DNA from: Nibricoccus sp.
Lineage (GTDB): Bacteria > Verrucomicrobiota > Verrucomicrobiia > Opitutales > Opitutaceae
Assembly (NCBI GenBank): GCA_047602425.1
Contig: JASGHG010000001.1
Span: forward strand, 5,056,001-5,120,000
Direction of reading: 5' to 3'
Length of the DNA stretch: 64,000 nucleotides
The translations under genes and the position numbers were made by a program. The notes under the pieces are model-generated. The model ran no database searches and had not been told where the DNA came from. It saw nothing but the letters and a program-made list of their open reading frames with translations. Below are positions 28,918 to 38,798 of the stretch, in pieces. Numbering within the stretch: the stretch's first letter is position 1; each line of letters starts with the position of its first letter.

Positions 28918-29745
28918 TCACTGCACTTCTCGGCCCAACTGCGGCCGAAGCCACTCCATCATGTGGCAATTGATCGCCCAAAGATCGGCGATCGGCGCGC
29001 GCGTTTGCGGCAGCAAAGTCATGTACGGCGCCGGACCGAACTCAGGACAAACCGGCAACATCACACAACCTTCCTCTCGACGGTGAGTCACGATGCGTCG
29101 CCACCAGCCCAGATGCGCCTCAAGGTTCTTTTCCCACAATGAATCGCGCGGGTCGGTGATTTGGGGGCCTTCGGCATGGCCCACTCTCGCGTGAATCGCA
29201 TAACTGTTTTTCGTCGCACGTTCGACGCGTTCCACCTGATCTTCGAGCAAAGATTCGTGCACACAGCACCAATGGGAAAAATCCGCCGTGAGCCGCAGTC
29301 CCGGGCGCTCGTTCAAAATCTGCATCGTTTGCGGAGCGCTGAACAACGCCCGTCCGCGGTGCGTTTCGTGATAAACCGTCATACCATGTGCGTCCGCCAA
29401 CGCCGTCGCGCGATCGAAAATCGCCAGATTTTCTGCGAGCGTGAAATGGTCGCAACCCGTGTGGGAATTCAGATACAGCGGTTTCAGCAGCAACGCGCGT
29501 TCATAAAGTTTTTCGAAGCTGGCCATGTGCTCTGCAGCATTTCGACCGCGGCTTTGCCACTGCTGAGCCACAACCGCGAGCCCGAGTTCGTCGAGCTTTT
29601 CTCTCGCGCGCTTGCAGTCGTCGACCGTGTCTGGCACCGCCACTTCAACACCGTCGAATCCTCCATCCTTGATCCGGGTAAAACGCTCCGCCAACGTCGG
29701 CAGGTCTTCCAAGCCCCAGATCGAGCGAAAAAAGAGAATTTTCAT
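28918..29745 (-). CDS. Sugar phosphate isomerase/epimerase family TIM barrel
   Basis: GFDGVE, HETHRGR, ADFSHW, IHARVG, PEFGP.PY. Confidence 0.85.
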   Translation of the reverse strand: MKILFFRSIWGLEDLPTLAERFTRIKDGGFDGVEVAVPDTVDDCKRAREKLDELGLAVVAQQWQSRGRNAAEHMASFEKLYERALLLKPLYLNSHTGCDHFTLAENLAIFDRATALADAHGMTVYHETHRGRALFSAPQTMQILNERPGLRLTADFSHWCCVHESLLEDQVERVERATKNSYAIHARVGHAEGPQITDPRDSLWEKNLEAHLGWWRRIVTHRREEGCVMLPVCPEFGPAPYMTLLPQTRAPIADLWAINCHMMEWLRPQLGREVQ

Positions 29746-29760
29746 CGTGCAAGTATCCAC

Positions 29761-30096
29761 TCACACGATACGCAGGAACACGCGGCCATCCTCGACCTTC
29801 ACTTCGTAGGTCTTGAGATCCACGCAAACGGGTGCTCCCTGCGCCTTGCCAGTCGTGAAGTCGAAGCGACCGTTGTGCTTTGGACACTCGATCAGGTTAT
29901 CCATCACCAAACCACCCGCCAGATGCACTCTCGCGTGAGTGCAAAGTCCATCGGTCGCGTAGTACCTGTCGTCAGCCGTGCGGTAGAGCGCAAATGTCCG
30001 GCCGGCATGATCAAAACGAAATACGTCTTCGGGTTCGATTTCGTTGGCAAGGCAAGCGGCGGTCCAGCCGGTATCGGGGGCTTCTTGGGGATTCAT
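29761..30096 (-). CDS. MocE-like Rieske 2Fe-2S ferredoxin
   Basis: DGLCTH...IECPKHNGRFD. Confidence 0.9.
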   Translation of the reverse strand: MNPQEAPDTGWTAACLANEIEPEDVFRFDHAGRTFALYRTADDRYYATDGLCTHARVHLAGGLVMDNLIECPKHNGRFDFTTGKAQGAPVCVDLKTYEVKVEDGRVFLRIV

Positions 30097-30117
30097 GTTA
30101 GTTCTGGAGAGAGTCGT

Positions 30118-31203
30118 TCAGGCACCGTTGGCCAGTTCAGTCGGCATCGCGCCTTCGAGCGGTTTTGCCGAAGGCGGCAGTTCGCGTTTGACGTAGTAAT
30201 ATGGGTCCTTGGCCTGTTTCAGCAACGCGGGGATGATTTCGCGATAGGCTTCGATGAGACTGTTGTATGGCTTCGGCGTGTCGGCTTTTATTTCCGCATG
30301 CAATGCCGGTAGCGCATGGTACGGCACCATTGGAAACATATGATGCTCCAAATGGTAGTTCATGTTCCAATAGATGAAGCGAAAGACCGGATTGATATAA
30401 ACCGTGCGACAATTGAGGCGATGATCGAGCACGTCTTCGGCCAGGCCGGCATGCTGCGTCAGGCCGAAAATCACGAGCAGCCAGGCGCCATAAATCGTCG
30501 GCAAGCCGACCAACATCAATGGGAGCAGGCTTTTCGTAACGATCGCGCAAACCACCACCGCAGTAAAAATCAACGCCCAGATGCGCGCCACGCGAAACAC
30601 CTTCGGCCATTCCGATTCAGGGATGTAGGTTTTTTCTTCCGTGGTAAGCCGGCCAAAACAATGCAGAAAAATCTTTTTAAACTCAGCTTTCGCACTCATC
30701 AGGCTGAAAAAGTTCAGTGCGAGGCCCAGGAAATCCGGCGGACGCGGCACGGCGATTTCCGGGTCGCGTCCCACAATAATCGTATCGGTGTGATGCCGCG
30801 TGTGGCTCCAGCGCCACGGCACCGACTCGCGCAACACCATGAACGACGCCATTTCGTAAACCACATCATTCATCCAGGTTGTCTTGAAGGCCGTACGGTG
30901 CCCGCATTCGTGCCAGCGTGAATCCGAGGCCGAACAATAAAGCACGCCATAAACGAGAAAGAAGGGCGCGCACCACCATGAACCCCAAAAATAACAACCG
31001 AAACCGCCTGTGATCGCCAACCCGGCGAACCAGATCAGCGTATCGCGAATCGCCGGGCCATCCCGGCGTTGCATCAATTCCTTGAGTCGCTTGCGCGGAA
31101 TCGGACAGGCATACCAGTCAGCAGAGGCAAGGCCTTGTTCTTCGGCATGCTTGCTGTCGAGGCCGACCAAACTGTAGTCGCGGCGGGTGATCGTGGAGGA
31201 CAT
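30118..31203 (-). CDS. MocD-like membrane di-iron oxygenase (fatty-acid desaturase superfamily)
   Basis: His boxes WHECGH, SHTRHH, YHLEHH; RDYSL.G N-terminus; TQHAGLAEDVLDHRLN. Confidence 0.88.
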   Translation of the reverse strand: MSSTITRRDYSLVGLDSKHAEEQGLASADWYACPIPRKRLKELMQRRDGPAIRDTLIWFAGLAITGGFGCYFWGSWWCAPFFLVYGVLYCSASDSRWHECGHRTAFKTTWMNDVVYEMASFMVLRESVPWRWSHTRHHTDTIIVGRDPEIAVPRPPDFLGLALNFFSLMSAKAEFKKIFLHCFGRLTTEEKTYIPESEWPKVFRVARIWALIFTAVVVCAIVTKSLLPLMLVGLPTIYGAWLLVIFGLTQHAGLAEDVLDHRLNCRTVYINPVFRFIYWNMNYHLEHHMFPMVPYHALPALHAEIKADTPKPYNSLIEAYREIIPALLKQAKDPYYYVKRELPPSAKPLEGAMPTELANGA

Positions 31204-31382
31204 GAAAAGCAGGGGTTACCGGCGTGGGCCGGAGGGGTGATGTTGCCACAACGTCGCTCATTATGGGCAGTTCGCAAAAATTGTTGTGCATTATTTTGCG
31301 ACGTAATGGACAGAGACATCATCTGCGCATACGTTGGGCTCCCACGAGAACAGCAAAGCCACAAATCCAACTATCGATCAAA

Positions 31383-32300
31383 ATGCGACACATCGCCAAC
31401 TTTGCCCATGCGCTGCCCTTGGACGACCTGTTGTTTCAAGAACCGTTTTACGTAACCCATGCCGGTAGGGAACACGTGACTCCGCGCCAGCCCTACCCTC
31501 GCCCCGGCCATCCCTCCTACTACGGCTTTACTTGGGCCGATGGCCGCGTGCTCGGTGAATTCTGCTTGGTGCTATTGCTGAGCGGAAAAGGTGAAATCGA
31601 AACCGCTCGCGGGATGCAGACAGTGCGGGCCGGACAGGGCTTTCTTTACCAACCCGGCGAATGGCATCGCCATCGCCCCGCGCAATCCTCCGGCTGGACG
31701 GCGATGTGGATCAACTTCAACGGCAGTCTCCCGCACCGTTGGATGCGTGACGAGACCTTCCGCCTCAACAAGAATCTGATCGAAGTCGACGATCCCCGCC
31801 TTTTCCAAGGCCAGTTTCGGCAACTCGTCGGAACAATCCACGCCGCCAGCACACGCAATTCCCTGCTTTTTTCGTGGCAGGCCATTGGCCTTGTCGCTCG
31901 CTTCCTGCACGAGGTGCCGGCATCCACCCGTCCATTCGCTGCCGAACCATCAACCATCCCTTTGGTCGCCGCGGCACTGGATTTTATTTGGAGTCACAGC
32001 CATAACCAAATCGGCGTGGACGACATCGCCCAGTTCGTCGGCGCCAATCGCCGCACACTCGAACGTCGTTTCAAAGCCGCCACGGGCGACACTCTCCTGC
32101 ATGAGATTCATCGCTGCCGGATTTCCCGTGCGGCTCTCCTCCTCCGGCAAACCGACGCACCGCTCAAATACATCGTCGGTCGCGCCGGCTTTGCGAGTCA
32201 TCAGCAACAACGCCAAACCTTCCGCCGCCATTTCGGTCAGGCACCAAAAACCTTCCGCCGTGATCGACGTGTAACAAATCTCAACAACCCAATACCATGA
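31383..32300 (+). CDS. AraC-family regulator
   Basis: Cupin PGEWHRHRP; HTH RRTLERRFK...AGF...FRRHFGQAPKTFR; divergent from mocD-like gene. Confidence 0.9.
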   Translation: MRHIANFAHALPLDDLLFQEPFYVTHAGREHVTPRQPYPRPGHPSYYGFTWADGRVLGEFCLVLLLSGKGEIETARGMQTVRAGQGFLYQPGEWHRHRPAQSSGWTAMWINFNGSLPHRWMRDETFRLNKNLIEVDDPRLFQGQFRQLVGTIHAASTRNSLLFSWQAIGLVARFLHEVPASTRPFAAEPSTIPLVAAALDFIWSHSHNQIGVDDIAQFVGANRRTLERRFKAATGDTLLHEIHRCRISRAALLLRQTDAPLKYIVGRAGFASHQQQRQTFRRHFGQAPKTFRRDRRVTNLNNPIP

Positions 32301-32640
32301 CGTACTGCGCGTCGGCAGCTCGCGATTCTACAACGGGAGCCTCTGGAAAGAGCGGCAGCGGAACGTCGTGGTCGGACTTCCACTCAGTCTCGGCGGCTTC
32401 GGGCATATGCCACCACTCAGTTTGGCGCGTGCACGCTGGCTGCGGCTTTTCAGTGAGGTCGCCGCAGTATATTCGGTAACGACGTTCGTGACAGCCTTTG
32501 GCCGCCAGGACGGCCACACGTCCGCAAAGCGGACAATCGCGGAGAACAAATTCGGGAACGTCGATGTAGCTCACTTGAAAGCGAAATACGACGCCGCAAT
32601 CGCGCTGCGCTGGCCAGCTTTTTCCGGAAAACTTGTTCAC
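32281..32640 (-). CDS. Small Zn-ribbon protein, Lar (restriction alleviation)-like
   Basis: LRDCPLCG...YRIYC...C...EAAETEW; start uncertain. Confidence 0.45.
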   Translation of the reverse strand: MNKFSGKSWPAQRDCGVVFRFQVSYIDVPEFVLRDCPLCGRVAVLAAKGCHERRYRIYCGDLTEKPQPACTRQTEWWHMPEAAETEWKSDHDVPLPLFPEAPVVESRAADAQYVMVLGC

Positions 32641-32690
32641 ACTGTAATCCCAGATTGAAAAGCGCGCTCACACTGGACTTTCTGGGCCAG

Positions 32691-33389
32691 ATGTTCCGCC
32701 GCCTGCAGCTTTTTGTCATCTTCACGTTGTGTTGCGCCAACGCCACGCACGCTGGCCAGATCCCGCCAGAGTTGGCGCACGCCTTGAAAACCTACCGGGC
32801 CGAAGGCGCGATGAACTGGGCTTACGTCCAAACCACCGAGTCATCGAAAGGCCAATCGCTGGTCGAACACTACGATCCGTCAAAGCCACAGTTCTCCCGC
32901 TGGACCCTCCTCAAGAAAAATGGCGCGGCGCCCAAAGAATCGGATCTAAAGGACTATCGCGACCGCCTTTCGCGCCGCACCAACGGAACCGCTCCCAACA
33001 TCAAGGACCAGATCGATCCCGCCACCTGCGAAATCGCGACTGAAGACGCCGAGCGCGCCAGCTACCGCTTCAAACTACTTACAACCGACAAGGCCGACCG
33101 CAGCGCCGCGCACATGAATGCCGTTTTCACGTTGCACAAGCCAACAGGCACGATCGAATGCGTGACGCTGTCGTCCTTCGAACCGTTCTCGCCGATGTTT
33201 TCCGTCAAGGTCAACGAAGCATCGACAACCATCGAATATAGCCTCCCGACGTCGGAGCGCCCCACTCTCCTGCAAAAAATCGCCGTCCGCATGCGCGGTT
33301 CGGTGATGTGGTTCAAGTCCCTCGACGAGGATATGACCGTGACGTATTCGGAATACACCTACGTCGGAAGGAAACCGGTGGCGCCGTAG
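32691..33389 (+). CDS. Secreted beta-rich hypothetical protein
   Basis: Signal peptide ending ATHA, alternating beta pattern, typical codon usage. Confidence 0.75.
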   Translation: MFRRLQLFVIFTLCCANATHAGQIPPELAHALKTYRAEGAMNWAYVQTTESSKGQSLVEHYDPSKPQFSRWTLLKKNGAAPKESDLKDYRDRLSRRTNGTAPNIKDQIDPATCEIATEDAERASYRFKLLTTDKADRSAAHMNAVFTLHKPTGTIECVTLSSFEPFSPMFSVKVNEASTTIEYSLPTSERPTLLQKIAVRMRGSVMWFKSLDEDMTVTYSEYTYVGRKPVAP

Positions 33390-33419
33390 TTCGTTCCAAG
33401 CTCAGGCAAGCTTTCCAGT

Positions 33420-34931
33420 TCAGAAATCCGCCGGGAGAAGTTTAGTGATGGTACCGACGCGCTTGAGAAGCTCCTCACGATTTTTGTAATCGCATGTGCT
33501 GGTGGAATGACTGCCGGGTGATTTCTTTTCATCGCGCGCAGAGTATCTGCTTTTCGATGTGTCGGACTGCCTGCTCACAGTAAGATTGCGCTCTAGGGCA
33601 CCAAAAGCTCCCAGCGCTTTTTCCACCTGATCCGCACATAGAGTCAAAAACGCGGCGTTACGATCCTCGCCCAGCGTTTGCGCAATGCCGCCCATCAACT
33701 CGTCGTAAACGGGGGCTCCTGCCTGCGGAAATGGTTTCACTTCAATGAAGATCTTGCCGTCAGGCTGACGTACGACGGTGGCGTTTGCTTTCTCGAGCAC
33801 TTCCAGTTTCTCGCGAGCAGAAGCGAATTGACTCGATAAAGACACCTGCTCCTCGGAGGTGAGGTCAAAAATCGCAGCCATCTTGGGATTCAAGACGCCC
33901 GCGGAATCGACAAACGATATGTTCGAAGAGGCTACTCCCTGCTTGGAAAGTTCAGCCAAGAGTTTCCATTTGTTTCGCGTCGCCAGCGGATCCTCACCCG
34001 CAGCACCCACCATTTTCGGCACCCCTGCGCGATCATTCGCGGATGAGCGAAGCTGCGCAACCAAGGCCTTGAGCTGGGCATTTTCACTCCGCAACTCTGT
34101 AACCGCCGTCTGGGAATCGCTCGTGACGTTCGCGTTCGTATTCCGGTTTTTCGGGCTGGCAACATTTCCACCGACATACGCGCCGACTCCGAAAAGAGCG
34201 AACGCTGCGACGGCGCCGATAATTAGTTTCATTGTACTCATAGTTTGAAAAATCATGCCGCCCATTCCGGCGAAACCACTCGCCAGAGCTACATTCGAAC
34301 CCGCCAGCGCTGTGCTCGTGGCAGTCGCTGCGAGTTCCACCGGTGCCGCAGCAGTTGCATGGCCGGTAAGCGTCACACTCAATGCCGCCGCCGTGGAAGT
34401 GATGCCGCGCCGGACCAGTCGTGTACGAAGTTTCTCCAAAGCGCGCTCCGTGCGCATGCGAACTGCATTTTCCGAAGAGCCAAGCGCGGCGGCAATATCA
34501 GCATGAGAACGGTCTTCAAAAAAACGGAGCAGCAAAACAGCCCTATCCTTCTCGCCGATTTCATAAAGTGCATCGTCGATGACCATCCACAGTTCCCGCG
34601 TGGAAGGATCGGGATCGGAAACAATATAAGCCGCGTTTGCCTCCGCTTCGCGGTTTTGCCAGCGTCGTTGACCGCGGAGAGCTTTCGCGGCGACAAAACG
34701 CGTCGCGGTGAACAACCAGCCGGTCAGCACCGGATGTCTTTTCAATTTGGCCGCCTGTGAGGCAAGTGCGAGGAATACGCCCTGCGTGACATCTTCAGCG
34801 AGGTGCGTGTCGCCGCCCACCTGCCGCAACGCCGTAGCGTAGACCAGGTCGATTTTGGCGCGCACCAGCTCCGCGAAGGCGTCTTGGGCGTTCTCGTCGG
34901 CAAACCGTCGTAACAACTCGCACTCGTTCAT
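33420..34931 (-). CDS. ECF sigma-70 factor with TM helix and C-terminal extension
   Basis: AEDVTQGVF..GWLFTATR, LRFFEDRS.ADIA..ENAVRMR.ERALEKLR, hydrophobic helix downstream. Confidence 0.9.
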   Translation of the reverse strand: MNECELLRRFADENAQDAFAELVRAKIDLVYATALRQVGGDTHLAEDVTQGVFLALASQAAKLKRHPVLTGWLFTATRFVAAKALRGQRRWQNREAEANAAYIVSDPDPSTRELWMVIDDALYEIGEKDRAVLLLRFFEDRSHADIAAALGSSENAVRMRTERALEKLRTRLVRRGITSTAAALSVTLTGHATAAAPVELAATATSTALAGSNVALASGFAGMGGMIFQTMSTMKLIIGAVAAFALFGVGAYVGGNVASPKNRNTNANVTSDSQTAVTELRSENAQLKALVAQLRSSANDRAGVPKMVGAAGEDPLATRNKWKLLAELSKQGVASSNISFVDSAGVLNPKMAAIFDLTSEEQVSLSSQFASAREKLEVLEKANATVVRQPDGKIFIEVKPFPQAGAPVYDELMGGIAQTLGEDRNAAFLTLCADQVEKALGAFGALERNLTVSRQSDTSKSRYSARDEKKSPGSHSTSTCDYKNREELLKRVGTITKLLPADF

Positions 34932-35006
34932 CACCAAAGAATACCCGCCGTCACCCACAAACGCACAGGAATTTTTTGGGAAAGGATGCGTCTGTTGTCT
35001 CGTAAT

Positions 35007-36140
35007 TTATTGAATGACCGTCTTCGACAAGCGGACCAGCAAATCCGCTCGGTCGGAAGGAAGCAAATCGTCGGACGATTCCACATAACGACGGGCTTGG
35101 GCGGGTTGTTCGAGCGCCCATTTTGTTACAACGGCCACCAGCGTCTGCGAACGCAATTCGGGGCTGACGATGCTCTCCGCCCAACTCAAGGCTACCTCTG
35201 GACGTTGGTTAAGCATCTGCGCTTGCGTTGCCTGGGCCACGGCCGAGACGCCGGCGTCCATTTCGGCACCTGGAGACTGGTTGTTAAGCCAGGTCGAGGC
35301 TGTTTTTAAATCGTCCTTCACCCAAGTTCGGAGGGCGTGTCCCAATACCACGTTTCGGTCTTCGCCGGGAGGAAGTTTCCGCAAAGCTTCGGCCAGTCCG
35401 GCCGGATCGAGGCCGATACGCCCGGCGGCCAGCGCATCGAGCGCTTCGAAGCGCAGCGACGGCGCCGCGAGTTCGTGCAGCGCAGCCATCGCGGTCGCAG
35501 GATCTCGCTGCGCCCACTGGGCAAAGGCGGCTTTGAGCCATTTGCTGGCTTCCTCGCTCTCGGCCCCAGCCGCCGCCTCGGCCGCAAAATCGACCGCGAG
35601 GCGAAACTTGCCGATTTGCCCCATAATGTTGACCAACGAATAGCCATGTTCCAACGAAAGTTCGCGGTCTTTTCGGCAAAAATCGTGTGCGAGTTGCAGG
35701 GCGGTGGTCGGATTTTTTGAAGCTCCCGCGAGCACGGCGGCTACGGCCTCGCGACGCTCCTCCGGCGGGAGGCTGCCTGCCTTCGAAGCAGCGGGAACCG
35801 GATCGCTTTCCGCCCACAGCAAGAGTATAAGCGATACCAAGTGGTTGCGCCGCTGGAGATCTTTCTCATGCCGTGCCAACTCCAGTGCACGCGCGGGATT
35901 GACGGCGACCAGCGTCTCGAATTCGACCGCAAGGTCCGCTTCGCGTCCTGATGTGCCGAGTTGCCCGGACCAGGCTTTCCAACGGTCGTCAAAATCAACC
36001 ATTGGCGGAGCGGTCACTTTCGCCACAGGATGTTTTTCTTCCGGTGAGCGTGAACAGCCTTGCGGAAACCAGCCGCCAGCAACAAGTGTTGGAACTACCA
36101 AGTAGGCCCAATATTTTCGTGGCTTGTGACGGAACTTCAT
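35007..36140 (-). CDS. Membrane-anchored helical-repeat hypothetical protein
   Basis: N-terminal hydrophobic segment; repeated W-x3-DP-xx-A motifs (WAESDPVPA, WAQRDPATA, WVKDDLKTA, WALEQPAQA). Confidence 0.75.
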   Translation of the reverse strand: MKFRHKPRKYWAYLVVPTLVAGGWFPQGCSRSPEEKHPVAKVTAPPMVDFDDRWKAWSGQLGTSGREADLAVEFETLVAVNPARALELARHEKDLQRRNHLVSLILLLWAESDPVPAASKAGSLPPEERREAVAAVLAGASKNPTTALQLAHDFCRKDRELSLEHGYSLVNIMGQIGKFRLAVDFAAEAAAGAESEEASKWLKAAFAQWAQRDPATAMAALHELAAPSLRFEALDALAAGRIGLDPAGLAEALRKLPPGEDRNVVLGHALRTWVKDDLKTASTWLNNQSPGAEMDAGVSAVAQATQAQMLNQRPEVALSWAESIVSPELRSQTLVAVVTKWALEQPAQARRYVESSDDLLPSDRADLLVRLSKTVIQ

Positions 36141-36244
36141 AGCCGGGGGGTGCAGGTGCAGAGTTTTAGCTGTAAGAAAAATGCCGTCTCCTCCTGCAAA
36201 GCACGCAGACCGCACTCTGCGAGGAGGAGATGACTTAACGTGCT

Positions 36245-38509
36245 TCAGGGCACGGTGATTTCATCGATGTTGCCCATATCGGTTCCGGTGGAGGCGAACT
36301 GGATCGTATTCGTCGAGTTATTGTTGAGTGTGATCGTCACGTTCATCGTTGCCCAAGTGGTGAAAGCGCCGGTCGGCTGAAACGTAATGGCGCTGGTTAC
36401 GCCGTTGACGACAATATTGCCGGTGCGGGCCGTTGTCGCGCCGAGTGCATAGCGTATCTGCAGGCTCTTGGAGCCGCCGCCGTTGCCATCGACATTGTTG
36501 AACGTGAGCGTGCCGCCCGTGGTCGGGAAGTTGGCAAAGCCCGTGCCGTTGAACCCGGCGTTGTTGGAGTCGATCGTAACCCCACCCGCGAGAGTGGCGG
36601 ACTCAGCTTGATAAGTGTCGGCCGTGGTGCCGCTAGATCCGGCATAAGTTATCGACGCGGCAGGCTGGGCGCCCATGCCGTTGCCAACGAAAAAGCTTGG
36701 CCATGGTGGTTGGTTGTAGGCGCAGTTCTGCCAGGCGATCGCCACACGATATTGATGATCGTGCATAAGCGTATAAAACCGATTACTAGCGACAATTGTC
36801 GTCGTATAAATGCGCAGGGCGGTGTTGTCGGTGGTGCGCCAGATAACTTCCTCGCGCCAGTCGCCGAAAACGTCGGCCGAGAGGCACGGTGTGGCCTTAG
36901 TCGAATTGTTCGACGTGACATCGCCGGGCTGGATCATCGTCACGCGTGCAAAATTCGTATAATCCCATTTCGAGATCGCGTTACCATCGAGGCATTCGCG
37001 GAGCATGTCGGCATCCCACCAGATCATGAAGTTCGTGGTCGGCTTGCTCGTCGTGATTTGTACACCCTTGCAGGTCATCAGGCCGCTGTTGGAGCCCCAG
37101 ACTTCCGCCCCGGGATAATTCGGATCGACATCACCCGCGCAGCCGCGTCCGACGTCGCCGCCCGAGCCGAGGTAACCCCAAAGCGGGCTTCCGGTTTGGG
37201 CATTTCGGAATTCGATTCCGTAGTTGCCGTACTGGGCCGGCGTCTCGTGACATTGAAAAACCTGCTGACCGCCACCGAGGGAAGGATCGAAAACCGACAT
37301 GTGCAACGCATCGCCGTGACCGAGGCCATTGGCGTAAAGGCCCGTGCCGTTGTCGTTGATTGCGCTGGCGCCATTGCATACCTCGTCTTTGCCATCGCCA
37401 TCGACATCGCCGACCGTGAGCTGGTGATTGCCCTGGCCTGCGTAGGCGCTGTTGCCGGAGGTATTGCTGTCAAAGTTCCAACGTTGCGTGAGTTGGCCGT
37501 TGCGCCAGTCCCAAGCAACCCGAACCAGTCGTGTGTAATAACCGCGACCAAAAACCGCCGAAGGACGCGTGCCATCGAGATAGGCCACGGCGGCAACAAA
37601 ACGATCGACGCGATTGCCGTAGCTGTCGCCCCAGCTCGAGACGGTGCCGCGCGCCGGCAAGTATGCGGTCGTCGCCATGGCCTTGCCGGTTTGTCCATTG
37701 AAAACGGTTAGGTATTCCGGTCCGCTCAGGACGTAACCGCTGGAGTTGCGGTAATCGGCGGTGGCACTGTCGCTGCCCATGAGGACGTTCACGCCTGTGC
37801 CGTCGACGGTGCCCGGAGCGGTCTTGCACATCATCTCGGCTTTGCCATCGCCGTCGAAATCGTAGACCATGAATTGCGTGTAGTGGGCGCCGGCGCGGAT
37901 GTTGCGACCCAGATCGATGCGCCAGAGACGGATGCCATTGAGTTTGTAGGCGTCAATATAGACGTTGCCGGTGTAGCCGCTCTGCGAGTTGTCCTTCGAG
38001 TTCGATGGATCCCATTTGAGAACGATTTCATACGTACCATCCCCATCGACATCGCCAAGACTGCAATCGTTGGCGCTGTAGGTGTAGGCAACGCCGTCGG
38101 GTGTCGTGCCGCCCGCGGGAATTTGCAGTGGAATACTGAGGTATTGCTGAGTGGCGACGTTGGCCGGGAGCGTATAGCTGCCATCCGCGGCTTGTTCGAC
38201 ACCGCCGATAACCGGACGCACCGAATAGGTGTTGGCAACGGTTAGAGTTGCGCCGGTATCGACGAGATTGGTCGATGCTGTGATCGGGCTCGCATTTATT
38301 TTCGTGGAACCGCGGTAGACGTTGAACGCGATTCCGGAGGCGTCCAGGCCCAGCAAACGCCAGCCGACGTAAACTGAGTTGGTGCCGGTTCGCATGGCGA
38401 CGACGCCACGGTTGAGCCTCTCCATCTGATACGGCGAGCCGCGCAGCGCGACCACCGGAAGCAACACCGCTAACGCGAACGTCAGGGCGGATATGATCTT
38501 TGATTTCAT
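36245..38509 (-). CDS. Rhamnogalacturonan lyase PL11 (YesW/YesX-like) with C-terminal CBM35
   Basis: QMERLNRGVVA, DLGRNIRAGAHYTQF, WGDSYGNRVDRF, RGYYTR, GHGDALH, AYNQPP; YQAESATL CBM domain. Confidence 0.95.
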   Translation of the reverse strand: MKSKIISALTFALAVLLPVVALRGSPYQMERLNRGVVAMRTGTNSVYVGWRLLGLDASGIAFNVYRGSTKINASPITASTNLVDTGATLTVANTYSVRPVIGGVEQAADGSYTLPANVATQQYLSIPLQIPAGGTTPDGVAYTYSANDCSLGDVDGDGTYEIVLKWDPSNSKDNSQSGYTGNVYIDAYKLNGIRLWRIDLGRNIRAGAHYTQFMVYDFDGDGKAEMMCKTAPGTVDGTGVNVLMGSDSATADYRNSSGYVLSGPEYLTVFNGQTGKAMATTAYLPARGTVSSWGDSYGNRVDRFVAAVAYLDGTRPSAVFGRGYYTRLVRVAWDWRNGQLTQRWNFDSNTSGNSAYAGQGNHQLTVGDVDGDGKDEVCNGASAINDNGTGLYANGLGHGDALHMSVFDPSLGGGQQVFQCHETPAQYGNYGIEFRNAQTGSPLWGYLGSGGDVGRGCAGDVDPNYPGAEVWGSNSGLMTCKGVQITTSKPTTNFMIWWDADMLRECLDGNAISKWDYTNFARVTMIQPGDVTSNNSTKATPCLSADVFGDWREEVIWRTTDNTALRIYTTTIVASNRFYTLMHDHQYRVAIAWQNCAYNQPPWPSFFVGNGMGAQPAASITYAGSSGTTADTYQAESATLAGGVTIDSNNAGFNGTGFANFPTTGGTLTFNNVDGNGGGSKSLQIRYALGATTARTGNIVVNGVTSAITFQPTGAFTTWATMNVTITLNNNSTNTIQFASTGTDMGNIDEITVP

Positions 38510-38798
38510 AACTTACTATTTTTACGTGTGGGGTAACTACGCGCACACAGCCGTCAAAGGACGGTGCGATATGCGTAAGGGAAAGCATTTCGCCTTGCAG
38601 CCGCCACCGGCCGCCAGGTTTCAGGGGTATTTGAAAAGGGGTAGAATGACGTAGCGGTTTTGACTCCTCCGTATTCGGAAACAAGCCGAAATGAGTTCAC
38701 CCCGTTGAATAGAGCAAATGCGTCAGGCAACTACCCGCCGGCTGTGACCTCCTGCCGAATTGCAAGCGGCTCGGCGGTCTGGTTTGCTCGTCCATTTC

